From Aplysia californica (taxonomy: Eukaryota), in the NCBI RefSeq assembly GCF_000002075.1, contig NW_004797271.1:2575341-2639146 (forward strand): a stretch of 63,806 bases of DNA, given 5' to 3'. Below, piece after piece: positions 44,292-56,700 of this stretch. Every line of letters starts with the position of its first letter. The stretch's first letter is position 1. Made by a program: the position numbers and the translations under genes. Under the pieces are notes generated by a model, which did no database searches, had not been told where the DNA came from, and saw only the letters and a list, made by a program, of their open reading frames with translations.

Positions 44292-44621
44292 GTGGTATCA
44301 GTGGCCTAGTGATTAGGTCTCACTCTCAACCATAAGGTTGTGGGTTCGAATCCCATGAGGGGCCCTATATTGTGTCCTTGGGACAAGCACTTCACACCAA
44401 TTTTTCTCACTCCACCCAGCTATAGAAAGTAAAAGATCTTGTCAGTAATGTCAGTTTGTTAGTGTTTGAGCGTGTGAACTCCACAGCTTGCACTGTATGC
44501 TTCCTTGGTAGCTGAGAATGTTTTTGAGTGTTCTAAGGGTCTGCTGGGGTAATAATAGTAGTTATAGAGCATGCTGTAGAGCATGGATACGCACTATTTA
44601 AATTATGCAATTATCATTATT
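44292..44621 (+). mobile_element. tRNA-derived SINE with CORE-like central block
   Basis: A box TGGCCTAGTGA (44302); B box GGTTCGAATCC (44343); TGTGTCCTTGGGACAAGCACTT block; ATT-repeat tail. Confidence 0.75.
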
Positions 44622-45160
44622 ACACTGTGCAACAAAATTTACCTTTTTTTCTGCTGCATTGAGTACATGTAGTATGAAAGATATTCATTTGTCATCCTCT
44701 TTACTTTTGAGTAAAAGAAGACAAGAATTGAAACTATATGGCAGACTCTTTTATATGGGACAATTCATGCTGTTGGAAAAGCAACAGACTTGACAAGGTA
44801 AAAAAGTAGTGAGTGCAACTATTGGGAGTGTATCTATTGTTCTTACAGAATAAATGGGAATGGAAACTGTTATTTCAACATTTTTCTCCTGTCTTGGATT
44901 AAAAAATTCACGTAAAAAAACTGTTGAAAGATATTTAAAAAGTTACAGAACTAATAATTCACAAAAGCTCTGATCTTGGAAAAGATTGTCCTGATAAGTC
45001 CGTAGCTCAGGCCGAAGGGCTAGAACTCAAATGGCTGCCCGATCAGAAAAGATAAGTCCATGGTTTTCCTGTCCGCATTGCCACACAAACACTTCATGCC
45101 ATGGGGGAGGGGAGGTGTTTGAACACTGGTGGGGCTTGCTCTGTTTGCAAATTCAGTTGT

Positions 45161-45587
45161 CATAATCATCAATGCCTTTTAACCCTGGCAATCCATAGGA
45201 CACATACAAGCTCTTTTCATTGATCTCTGTCCTGGACCATCCTTCCTAGCTCGTTCCAAGTGAGCTTCATCTCTCTCATGTCCCTTTCCACACATCTCCT
45301 CCATGTTTCCCATGGCCTCCTTTCGGCTTTCACTGCCTCGCATCATAAACTCTCCCTTCGGAGAAGTTCCACGACCAGCCAAGCAGAGATTCTGGTTTTT
45401 GCTTGTATGTGTTTCTGTATCAGGTTCTTTTTACAAGAGAGGTTGTTAGCCTCGTGACTCAAACCCCAACCTGGAGGCAGGATGACTCTGTTTCAGGAGT
45501 CACTACCTGGTTCGCCCTTTAGTTGCCTCGTACGACACGCTAGCACCACGTCAGATCTATTCTTCTCAATGCTGGGACTGCATGGCA
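45161..45587 (-). mobile_element. Non-autonomous bipartite RTE derivative (5' UTR fused to 3' end)
   Basis: 5' structured motif, then an RTE-type UTR motif (CTCCAGGTTGGGG...GGCTAACAACC...TGTAAAAA), then an ORF2 C-terminal remnant ([23 protein letters not shown]) and a TGATGA tail. Flanked by imperfect ATTCAGT direct repeats. Confidence 0.75.
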
Positions 45588-45815
45588 GATTCAGTGTTCA
45601 GTCAGAGAGAAATAACATTGTGCTGTTAAGCATGATGCACAAGAAAAGATCCATTGCCCAAATAGACAAAATCAGTTCCAAGGGAGAGTACTTGGTCTGC
45701 TGACAACACACAGCTGATATGAAATATTCCAGATGCGGAGAAAGATTATGACTCCATTTAACTTTTTTTTTTTTACAGTGCAAGTATTTAATGCCCCGAC
45801 AAGACATATTAGATA

Positions 45816-45982
45816 ATTAAGGAGGCGTGCTTTGATCCTGCCCGTCGGGGGCCAACCCAGGCTGAGAGGGATACAACATCCCAGCAGATAGATGGAGTTA
45901 CTCAAAAAAAATTCTTCCCACACGAGAATTGAACTTGGGTTTTCTACATTTTGTGCCTAACCGCCACACCACAGATGCTAGT
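45816..45982 (-). mobile_element. tRNA-like-headed SINE family (other copies at 2514-2660 +, 31236-31404 - and 48437-48555 -)
   Basis: Shared blocks such as GGATACAACATCCCAG and GAATTGAAC; A-like and B-like boxes on the element's sense strand. Confidence 0.6.
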
Positions 45983-48018
45983 CCGTTCGAATAAGGAAAC
46001 TTCATGCTAATGCATGTTAGTCAAGTTTGTAACCACCAACAACACAGCGAGTGACCTACTCAACTATGCTGACAGCAACAAAAATAAAAACAACCAACAT
46101 TGACAGTACAGCAACAAAAACAACAAACGCTGACAAAAACAACCCCCCCCCCCCCCCCTCAAAACCAACCACTCTGTTGACAGCAACAAAAATGAAAACA
46201 ACAAATAGTAAAACACAAGAATGAATGGAATAACAGTTTATTCTTTGAAATTTATGTGATGAGTCCACAAATGAGTCAATGCCAAAAGTCATAAACTGTC
46301 ATAAGGACTCAATGGCAAAACATAAAAAGAGTTTAGTCCATGAAAACTCTCAGAACACATGTAGGGAGATGCGCATATCATTTGCAACAATGTAAGAACT
46401 AAACAGAAAATAAATCAAAGAAAACTAGTACAAAGGGCAATACTTTTACCAATAAAATGAACATTAAAAAAATATGATTATATTTCTTGTACTGCTCGCC
46501 TACTGACTCAAAGACTATTTGCTAACTAAGATAAGTGTAATAGCATAGTAATAAATGATGATTAAAATAAACTGATCAATTAAACTGATGGAACAGCAAG
46601 GCATACACAATATTAGTAGGAGGGTAGCTATGCAATGGCATCTGATATTACGGGGAAAGCACACTAATCAACTTAATGCTTACACAACAGGAAAGATGAA
46701 CTTGTATTGTCAAAGTTAAGAGTTTTTCGGAATAAACAAAAATGGATACAGCAGGCTTGCCAGCTTTTTCAAAACTCAATAAGGGACACCAAATATTATA
46801 TATGTAACATCAGATTTTGTGAGAACAAACAAAATCATATCAGTGGGATAGGATTTGGTGTAGTGTATGATAAGGTTACCGTCATCTTGTTGCATTTTTA
46901 CATGATTATCTACATCATGAGAAAGATGTGCTCCAATAAGAACTGAAACCTAGATTTACATTTGATACCTGTTCTAGGCTAATTCTTAAGCACAATCATT
47001 AATGCTGAAAAACAAATTCGAACTGCTGGTTTTATTTAAAACGATTGATCTAAAATGTGCTATTAACAGAAGTGTAGCGAGCCCTTGCTGATTGTATTGG
47101 GAATTGTGTGCTTTTGATAAGCTAAAAGTTACTTTATCACCACAAGTTAACTTCGAAATTGGCTCATGGAAATGGCTGTGGCTAAAACAAGCTCTCAAAT
47201 TCCTGACTGTCGAACAGGTCACTTACTAAAGAAATAGTGCTCTTTTGAATGCAAGCGAAACATAACAGGCGTCAGCAGTGGGGCTGAAGAGAACATCTTG
47301 TTTCATTTGCTATTACTCCTACTGTTTGTATACAAGATACATCACTCCCTGAAAATAAGATAAAAATAGAGAAGCAAGCAATCTTATTACCACTTCTCAT
47401 TTCTGAAGAAAAAAAAAGGTATCTAAATTTAAGCTTGGTTTTTAAAGTCATGCTACTCAATCACATTGTTGTATGCTGACTTTTAGTGGCTCAAAACAAC
47501 TATACAGGTGATGGGAGAAGTTTTCTAATTTTCTCTGGTCTAAATATGTACTGATTTTAATATTAACTAATATATCAGGAAAATTATTAATATGCTATAC
47601 ATATATATATATACATGAAAAATACAGTTGTATGAAGTGGCTCAAAATGAAGAAAAAGGATCACTACGAATACTGATTCAAAACCCTTTACCGTACTTTT
47701 GTTTTACAGACAAAACACTTCAGAGTTCATGGATGATAAAAAAGTGAAAGTACTGTTTATGGGCAAAGTTTGACAATTGTGGGACAAACCAAATTGACTT
47801 TCTGCACAAAACCACTTGAAAAAAGCTGAAAAGAAAAATTACTGGTTTAGTTAACATCTGCATCCCTAAGAAATCACATGAAAATGCCTAAGGCATTATT
47901 CTTTTCAGACAAGTGAATGAAATATCAAAGTGAGATAAAATTTTAAATACTCTAAGATCTCACCATGCATCTACTCCCATCTTCAAAGAAATAGAATCTG
48001 TACATTATGAATGAACAG

Positions 48019-48058
48019 TTGCGAGCGCCGTAAAACCCCATACTAAGCTAAAAAACTA
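48019..48058 (+). mobile_element. ~40-bp tail-only retroposon insertion
   Basis: GTTGCGAGCGCCGTAAAACCCC...CTAAAAAACT flanked by AATGAACA repeats. Confidence 0.7.
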
Positions 48059-48592
48059 AATGAACAAGATGTACACAAACAATGTATTGAAAGATTTTTC
48101 TCACACTGATACTGATAGACAGCTGAATACAACGGCTACTTCTGGTTTTGTCTTCATAAAAGTGGAGGGTAAGATGGATGGGGGGAGGGATGTAAATGTT
48201 TAACGTTCCCATTCACACAACTTAGAGGCTTTCGGAAGTGGGCTGTTTAGACCCTGCCTGTCCGAGCCAACCAATGACATGTTTGCTTATTTGAGTAAAG
48301 AGAAGCACATCCACACAATAATAGTCATTTAATGCTGAGAAGATGTAAGACAGACAGACAGACAGAAAAATAGAGGGAAAGTAAAGAAGTAGGACCTACC
48401 AGTGGCACCCTCCAACCAACCGCAAAGCCAACCATGGCTGAGTGAACTACAACATCCCAGTGAAAAGATGGAGATGACTTGATCAAATAAACTATCACAT
48501 GAGGGAATCGAACTTATGACTTTTGTGAGCAAGACGAAAAGCCTAACCACCAGGGAGGAGAAGTGAGGACGGAATGAGCAATGTGAAAAATA

Positions 48593-48846
48593 CAGTGGAG
48601 TCCCCTTAAATTGAAATCTGCAGGACCATTGAGTTTTCTTACAGTGTTTGCTCAAATGGAAGGTAACAAATCGGTGCCCCCCCCCNNNNNNNNNNNNNNN
48701 NNNNNNNNNNNNNNNNNNNNNNNNNNNNNNNNNNNNNNNNNNNNNNNNNNNNNNNNNNNNNNNNNNNNNNNNNNNNNNNNNNNNNCCCCCCCCCAGTTTA
48801 TCACCGTTTTCAGATTAGATGCGTTAGGTTCAAGTGGACTCCACTG
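48593..48846. mobile_element. Tc1/mariner-like MITE spanning an assembly gap
   Basis: TA flanks; perfect 11-bp TIR CAGTGGAGTCC / GGACTCCACTG. Confidence 0.7.
48686..48785. other. Assembly gap (100 N)
   Basis: N run flanked by poly-C. Confidence 0.99.
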
Positions 48847-49015
48847 TATTCCAAATGCTAGTTAATCACAACATGGTCTCCGTGCCATGTTCGTAGTGCA
48901 AGTTTTTGCAATGAAGTCGTTGCAAAATTACAGCACAGAACCACAACAGGTGCACGGGGTCTGTGGAAAAACATTTGTACGATAACCAAGGCGCTTGCAA
49001 GATGCGAGCATTGCT

Positions 49016-49225
49016 TCATGAAGAGAGTTTGCTGCTGGGCTCCTGCTGTGCTGTTGCTGACTTGCTGCTGCCGCTGGGATCCTGCGCTGATGACTTGCTG
49101 CTGCTGCTACCGCTGCCACTGTCTGAGTTGCGTTTGAGTTGTGCTGCTGACAGGATTGGCTGCCGCGCTCGGGCGGGACTAGGAGTGCGAGAGCGGAGGT
49201 GAGGACGAGGCCTGGCAGGTGTCTC
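49016..49225 (-). CDS. CEP97: CEP97-like terminal coding exon
   Basis: Acceptor TTTTTCTCCATCAG|; ETPARPRPHLRSRTPSP...EPSSKLSS then TGA, in phase 0. Confidence 0.75.
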   Translation of the reverse strand, partial: ETPARPRPHLRSRTPSPARARQPILSAAQLKRNSDSGSGSSSSKSSAQDPSGSSKSATAQQEPSSKLSS

Positions 49226-52200
49226 CTGATGGAGAAAAACAACAACAACAACAAAATTAGTCTTTTTCTTTGTGTTACTCTACTAGCTCTCAGGGGTAGG
49301 TGATTGCTGGCTCTTCAACACGCAGTGCAACTGATATGATCATTTTCCCCTACTTTGTAGGACCTCTTGAAATGTAAAAAACAATAGTTTAAACAAACTC
49401 TGTTTTGAAGACTTTTAAAATTTGTTTCAAGAGAAAAAAGAGACTTCATGTATTACCAAAAATATAAACAGTGTTTAGATAAGTATAAGTCTCACCAGCG
49501 ATAATTTGTGGCTACCTTCAGAGGGGAAACCAAGAAACTGAAGGGCCTATTCACTTTCTAGAACAATGGTTCTTTACATGGGTTCAGTTAAACCTCATGG
49601 GTCCGGAGAGTCGGTCTCAAGGATTTAGTAGGGGTTGGCACACACACACACAAACACACACGCACACACATACTTGTGTGTATGTGTGTAAGTTTATGTG
49701 TGCCTGTGCCTGTGTCTTGATCCCCCAGTTTTGGACCAATAACAACAACTGCTAATATTATTTTTTTTTATTTCTTCAGATAAAGGTGCAAAAAAGTATA
49801 ACGGGGCCTATCAACAGAAATACAAATTGAAACAATTTCTTAAATGCTGATGGAAACGAGGGCTCTTTGAGCTACAAGCGAAACATTGTTGAGCCACAAT
49901 GAGTCTCAGAAATGCACAAATCTTTTTCACAGTGCGACTGGATGTAATATAGTCGTGTAAATATAATAATTATAGTTTGACTTTCCTTATGGTAAGTAAA
50001 ATATTTTTAAAAGTTTATTGTATATAGACAAAGTGTTAAGTGTTCACTACAAAGGAGTCCACTTAAACCTAACATGGTTAATCTGAAAACAGTGATATAC
50101 AAAAAGAAAATAACAAAATTCCAAGTTTTTTTTCTTCTATACGAGCAACCTCTTTAAACCAAAATCCCAGCTGTACAAAGACAATCTATAATTCAATCTG
50201 TTATTCATCATGCCATTAAATAAAAAGTCTGAGAATGCATTTTCGTCTACCTCAAAAATTGCTTGAAGTATCTTGTTCTATTGAGCAGATATTTAAGGAA
50301 GAGCTAGACGTGATTTTATCAATAACAAAAATCAGAGAAAAAAACTAAGCAAGTGATAATCCTATCCAAATGAGAATTAATTGATCAAATCAATCTCCAC
50401 TCAGGCTATATTCTCTACAATAACGGACAAGCAGTCAAGAATCTTAAAACAGCATAACTAATTATATGATCTGATGCTGGCTGACATTTTAGACACCACA
50501 CACAAAAAAGCAATAAATCTTATTAGTGCGTTTCAATAAAAGAGAACATTTTAGTTGTAGGAAGGATTAAAATCTTGTAAAAGGGAGATTTCACTGAAGA
50601 AAACATTACTTTGAATTATCATTTCTAAGTAACAACTATTTTTTAAAAATTTTGGTGAAAAAAAAACAAGAAAGAAAACAAAGAAAACAAAACCAATGGT
50701 CTGGCTTCTTATTTATAAAGAATCCTAGAGAACAATGGGTTTTTTTTAAAACACAAAACCTTAGGATAACATCCAATGGCTCTGTATAATCTTTTATGCC
50801 ATGCTAGACACAGAAAGCTTTTTATTTCTTTTAAAGGTAGGGAACTTAATCATGGAAGGACATACACTAAAATATTCCAGGCACAGAGGGGAAAATATGG
50901 ACCCGACTCAGATTCAAACTTTAGACCATGAAGTGCTTGTCAACCTTTTTATATCCAGCGCTCACTTGGCCAACTTTAAAGAGGCTAAAATTTCAATATG
51001 GTACCGCCCAACTACATGTATTTCCAAGTGAGGCATTAAACTTAAACAATACTTGTTACTACTCGGATGATCCCCATCGTCCACCAAAATGAGTATCGCC
51101 CAGTTTGACAAGTTCTGCTTAAGACTTTCAAAATGTTGGTCAGTTCGCAATTGAATGTGTCACAGTCGTCAGTATATTTCAATGGCTAGTTTCACTAATC
51201 CCAGGACCAATGTCTGCTGTGTGAGCAAAACAGGTGGCATGTAAATCTTTATTGCTGACACACTGAAAAGCATTACTACACTGCAAAAGTTCTAAAGCAA
51301 GCTTAGATCAGTTGCATTTACAATTCACTTCAGTTTCACAACACACTTTTGAAAGCAATTCTGTTACAATACACTTTTACTGAATTTACGTTTCCTTATT
51401 TTGAATTGTTTATCTTTACTACAAATGGTCAAAAAGTGTAAGTCTGTTGATTATAAAAATACACAGGTCTGGGAAAACTTAAAGGCAAATTTTTGGGGTT
51501 AAATTTCGCACGCAATCCTAACTGCACATAAATGAAAACAGAAAATTATTTTAAGCCTCCAAGTTAAAGCTAAACAATCTACAAAAATTACAAGTTTTCT
51601 CAATAAAAAAAGGCTTGCTCTACAGACTATAGTAGTAAGGAATATGTCATACTATTGTGGCAAGAAACAGATACACATAATCTATTTTAGGCAGTAGGCA
51701 TTCATACCCAATACAGTTCTCTCTAAGAGTCTCTAAGAGGGATGATCACGTTTTGCCTGAAGGACGGTGGAGAAGACAGAAACGTTAACAGAGTGATGTT
51801 GGAAAGTGGAGATTATAGACACAAAGTAAAACCCTGATAACACAAACTTTTCAAGACCACAGAATTTCTGTGTGTAAAGCAGATTTTTATGTTGTAATGT
51901 ATAGAATAAAGAGGGAAAACAAAACAAGGGATTTGAAATCCTTTTGTGGTAACAAGAATTTCGTGATAGATAGCTTTGTATTTAACAGAGTCTACTGTAT
52001 TCAAAGAGTCAGAGGCAAGAGCTTCGTAAAAACATTTTTTGTTGTTGTAAGTACCTACTGCCAGAAAATTTCAGGGACTGAGACCAAAAAGTACATCCAG
52101 TATGGTGCTATATAAAGTCTATTATTTTGTTACCAAAGTGTTGATACATTCAAGTGTGATCAGTAGCCCGAGTGATTGTCTTTTCGTGCATGTGTTCTTT

Positions 52201-53730
52201 GTCAGATATATGAGTGTACACGTATTTGAAAGAATTGTTGTATGTTGAATGGGCCAGTATGCATGAACCGCTGATTTAAATCTTATCCTATTCTGATGCG
52301 CATGAAGCCACCAGGAAGAGGGCGCTGTAGAAGTGATCTTTATTGTTATTATTATTATTATTATTTATACACTTATCACACCATTGGGTTCCTACCGCTG
52401 GCTTTAATTCAACAAAACACAGGCAGTAATAATCTAGAAAGTGATCATTGTGAATAAACCAGAACCCCCGGATGCCTGGATAGAACATAAGATTTATCAT
52501 ATAATATGTACACACTTTCATTAGCTTAAATCAGAGCTGCAGGCAGCCTTATAAAAAGAACACACTGATGTTTATCAGACATACACACATTAGCTTAAAT
52601 TATAGACGCAGGCAGCTTTCACTTTGCAGAAACAAAAAGTTATTCTATATAGCGTCACCAAGGCTTATGGGTGGGTGCTGTTCTAAAGGAAAGGTGGGGA
52701 TTGGAGGAGAGGGGAGTGGTGGGTAGTCAAGATGCCCCAAAACAGCAGAACAAAAGTGCATAGTGAACAAGGAGTGCACAATTTGACTAAAGTGACAGTT
52801 TCTCCTTGTGCAACACACATGTGTGGCATTGTGGTGAAATCAGGTACTCATCCAAATAATATTTTTTTAAACCCACGTTTTCCTCCCACTGAGCAATTTT
52901 TAAAGATTAAAATATTTTTGGGGGGTTCCGTGCCCTTTATGTCCATTTGAAAACACATTTCTGTGTGGATCTTACTGTAAACCATGGATGAAAGGCAAAG
53001 CAAATGTAAATTTGGTTTCCCAAAACACTGAAGCTCTGGAAGGCACCAAACTTTGCAGCCATTTTCTTGCTAATTTTACCTCTGACCCTCACCTCCATCA
53101 GTTGCAAACATCTTGACTTCACTTCAAATCAAGATAGATGGGTATTTTTTTCCACCAAAAGCAAGACAAATATAAACAAGCTTTCAGATCATACCAATAA
53201 CTCCTTATGCCCAAAAACTGATGAGTGCCTGATTCCATTGTGTTGTGACACATAGTTTTTATCTTTTATGTTCTCTTGTGCAACACATATCTTCTAGGTG
53301 CTCTCAAAGCATCTTTCAGTCTTAGGACAAAACAAAGCAAAAGCGAGGAAAGGGCCGAGAACTTACTGAGTGAGTCTGGGTCTGAGAGACGGTTTGCTCA
53401 TCGGCTTTAGGGGAGATATCCTGGGGAGTGAAGTGAAGGAGCCTGGTGAGAGGCGTGTGATCATGTGATTGAGAGAAAAGAGAGAAAGAGAGAGAGAGAG
53501 AAATTGGGAGAGAGAAAAGAGAGAAGGATACGGAAGAAGGAAAAAGAGAAGAACAAAAAGAGAGTGAGAGATAAAGGAAGAGAGCTGGAAAGACAGAGAC
53601 AGAGAGAAATAAAGACAAAGAAATAGAGATAGATAGATAAATAGAGACAGAAAGAAAGAGAGAGAGGTAGAGACAGATAAATAGAGACAGATAAATAGAG
53701 ACAGAAAGAGAGACAGAAAGAGACAGAAAG

Positions 53731-53777
<47 letters not shown>

Positions 53778-56700
53778 CTGATACAGTGTGTCATGTGACC
53801 ATGCAGTGAACAGAGTGAAAAGCAAAGCAAAATAATTATAAAAGTAAAGAGCCCATTCATTTAGAGTGAACAGAACTGTGAGTACAAACATAGGAAAAAT
53901 ATATATGTCCCTATTCCCCTTGACATGGAACAATAAGCACATCTTTCCAATTGCAAATATAGGAATGTTGGTAAGAAAAATTTCTGTCTCTCTCCCTCTA
54001 TTTGTCTCTCTCCCTTCCTTTATCCGTCCGTCCCTCCCCCTCTCTCTCTTTCTCTCTCTCTCTCTTTCCCCCTCTCTCCTCCCTTCTCTCTCTCTCCCCT
54101 TCTCTCATTCTCCAATTTCTTATTATTCCTCTTTCTCCCTCCGTTCTCTTTATATCTCACTTAATTTATTTTTTGTCTCTTTCTCTATGTCTTCTTTCTT
54201 CTTTTAATTAGTAACCAAAAAGATCTTTCCCCAAACGTTAACTAAACTAAAAAAAAAAAAAGCCCTGAGACCTAGACGTAATATAGAAACCGCTGAATCA
54301 AAAACGAAATCACAGGACAAAAATACGTTCAGAATTCTAAAACAGCACAGTCGAACCCGTCCATAACAACCACCCATTATCGAGAAGAAATGTGGTCATC
54401 TTTCAGAGGTCCTTTTGGACAGTGCCAATATCATGCATAGAAAAAAGCAAAGGGGCAAGAGGGAAATGGTCATTTGTGTAGGTAGTTGTCTTGATAGGTG
54501 ATCATTAGAGCTAGTTCGACTGTATATCATTTCTACTAGTTTATGTCACAAACATGCTCTCCTTATACATGTGTGGCTTGTGGTGAAATCAGGTGCTCGT
54601 CAAATTAACGGAATTCGAAGAAACCAGTAGCTTTGACGTTTCCAAGGAGACTCAAATTTTGGAATCCACCAAACTTGAATGGCCATTTTCTCCCTTAATT
54701 TACTTTTGACACCAGGCGACTCCCACCTCCTTCAGTCGCTATTATCTCCACTTCAAGATAGATGGGTATTTTTTTTAATGAAGGCAAGGCAAATGAACAG
54801 GATTTAAGATTATATCAAAAACTTCATTTGCCTGAAAATTGAAGTGTGCCTGATTCTACCATCTCGTGACACACATACTTCATACACAGACTATCATTCA
54901 CCTTAACTTGACATCCAATGATAGAACAAAAAACAAATTGGACTGTTCAATACTATCACCAAACTGTCAAATTAATCTTGGTTAAAACAGACTTGCTGAA
55001 GTATGATCTAACAACTTACCTCATTTGACGAAGGTGAGGTTTTGGTGTCTTGGTGTTTCGAAGGCAATAATCCGTGAAATGATTGATTGCGACGGACACT
55101 TGAGCTGGACTTTTTCATCACTGCCCCCTCCATGATGATGGGGCTATGGGTTGGACGGGTTGGGTCGACCTCTGAGGGGAGTGACGTTGGTTGTCGGTGG
55201 TCGGAAGGTGTTCTGGAATAGACGTAGAGAAGATTGAAGCTTTGAATAAAGGAAGCATGACATATTGTGATAGAAAAATGTAATTAAAGCTATTTGGTTT
55301 TCCCATAGCCGAAGACTGATACCCTTAAAAGGCACCTTTTAAAAATAAATCATGACACACCAATATTACACAAAATGTACTCCCCTCAAATTTGCCTTCT
55401 TGAAAGTAAGTACACAACTTGAACTTTTCTTCACACAGAGAGGAACAATAGGTTAACACAAAAAGTTTGCTTCAAAGAGGTAATCGGATTGAAAAAAAGA
55501 AAGTATAAATGATCTATCAAAATAAACAATACACATTTGCATTTGAGCACAGACATTCAAGTTATATCTCACTATTAGTTCCTGCGGGTGTGCAGATGGT
55601 GTAACTGCTTCTCCCACCCCCATCCTTAGATTGCTTCAACTTGATGTACTGTACCCACTCAAAGATCATATAAATAAAGCAGGGCACAGAAGTGGATTAG
55701 AAAAAACAAGACCCCATCACACTCTTGTTTTGAAAAGTGACATATGACGGGGTCTTACACTGACTCACCTTCTGTGTCCTCGCCGAGAATGCCGACTGTC
55801 GTCAGAATGACTTCCTGAGGAGCTCTCATTCGGGGCTCTGGGCGGGAGCTGTGACCCAGCATCAGAAGCACCGCCTTCCACATCGCTCTCACTGTGGTTC
55901 CGTGACCTTCGACCTGACTGCCTCTCATCGTCTGAGAGCTGTTTCAAACTAGCAGTGTCGCTGCTGTCTTCTGGGTTGGATTTTTTCCTCATCAGCGACT
56001 CCTTTGTCTCCCTAACTGCAGTGGAGTTGTTCTTGGTGATATTCTCCAGATTTTGAAGCAGGTTGCACTTCCCGCTGCGAGAATGACCTGACTCGCTGCT
56101 AGACCCCCGCCCAATATCTTTTGCCGAACCAATAGACTGACTTCTACGGCAGCTGACAGAAGGGGACGAACTATGACCTGCTTCAACAACCACTGTCTGA
56201 GTCTGGGCAGAGTCTTGCTCATTTTCTTCGCGAATACTTTCAGGTAGAGATTCATTGCTCGGTGATTTTCTGGAGGTGTCGGTGCGGGCACTGCCGGGGA
56301 GAGATTCGTTACTGTGAGAACGTTTGGACGTGTCCGTCCTAACACTCATGAGAGACTCGCTGCTCTGTGTTCTCTTTGAGCTTTCTCCCCTAGAACTGCC
56401 CCCCGACACAAGAGACTCGTTGCTGATGGTGCGTTTTGACACATCTCCTCGGTAACTGCCAGGTAAAGATTCTATGCTGGGCGACTTTTTGTGGATCTCC
56501 GATTTAGAACCATTATGGCTATCATCGCTGCGACCGCTGAGAGAGTTGAGAGAGCTGGATTTGTTCAGAATCTTAGCCTTTTGCTCCATCATTAGCTCAG
56601 CTACGGATAATCTCGTTTTCTCTTCCCCACCGTCTGACTTGTCCATGCCAACAATGAGAGGACTGTTAGGTCGGCTGCCAGATGAATGTCTACGACGTCC

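Noticed and set aside
44292-44365. Possible tRNA gene (also 5008-5075 and 30410-30480)
   Set aside because: A/B boxes are present, but there is no convincing cloverleaf and SINE-like body sequence follows.
47255-47305. Hammerhead-like words GAAAC...GTC...CTGAAGA
   Set aside because: The required stems I and III do not pair.
48140-48172. ATAAAAGTGGAGGG resembling the 3' part of a twister ribozyme
   Set aside because: The upstream TAAC and GGTCCCAAGCC elements and the stems are missing.
48928-49254. 108-aa ORF as the CEP97 terminal exon frame
   Set aside because: The splice phase from upstream exons selects a different frame (ETPARPR...SSKLSS*, stop at 49016).
51168-51215. Possible alternative terminal exon of the CEP97-like gene (TLVLGLVKLAIEIY*)
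   Set aside because: Only a plausible acceptor and a very short frame, with no supporting evidence.
53215-53245. CTGATGAG / CTGAAGAG (also at 6526) as hammerhead cores
   Set aside because: They are part of a MITE terminal inverted repeat, with no GAAA or stem II partner.
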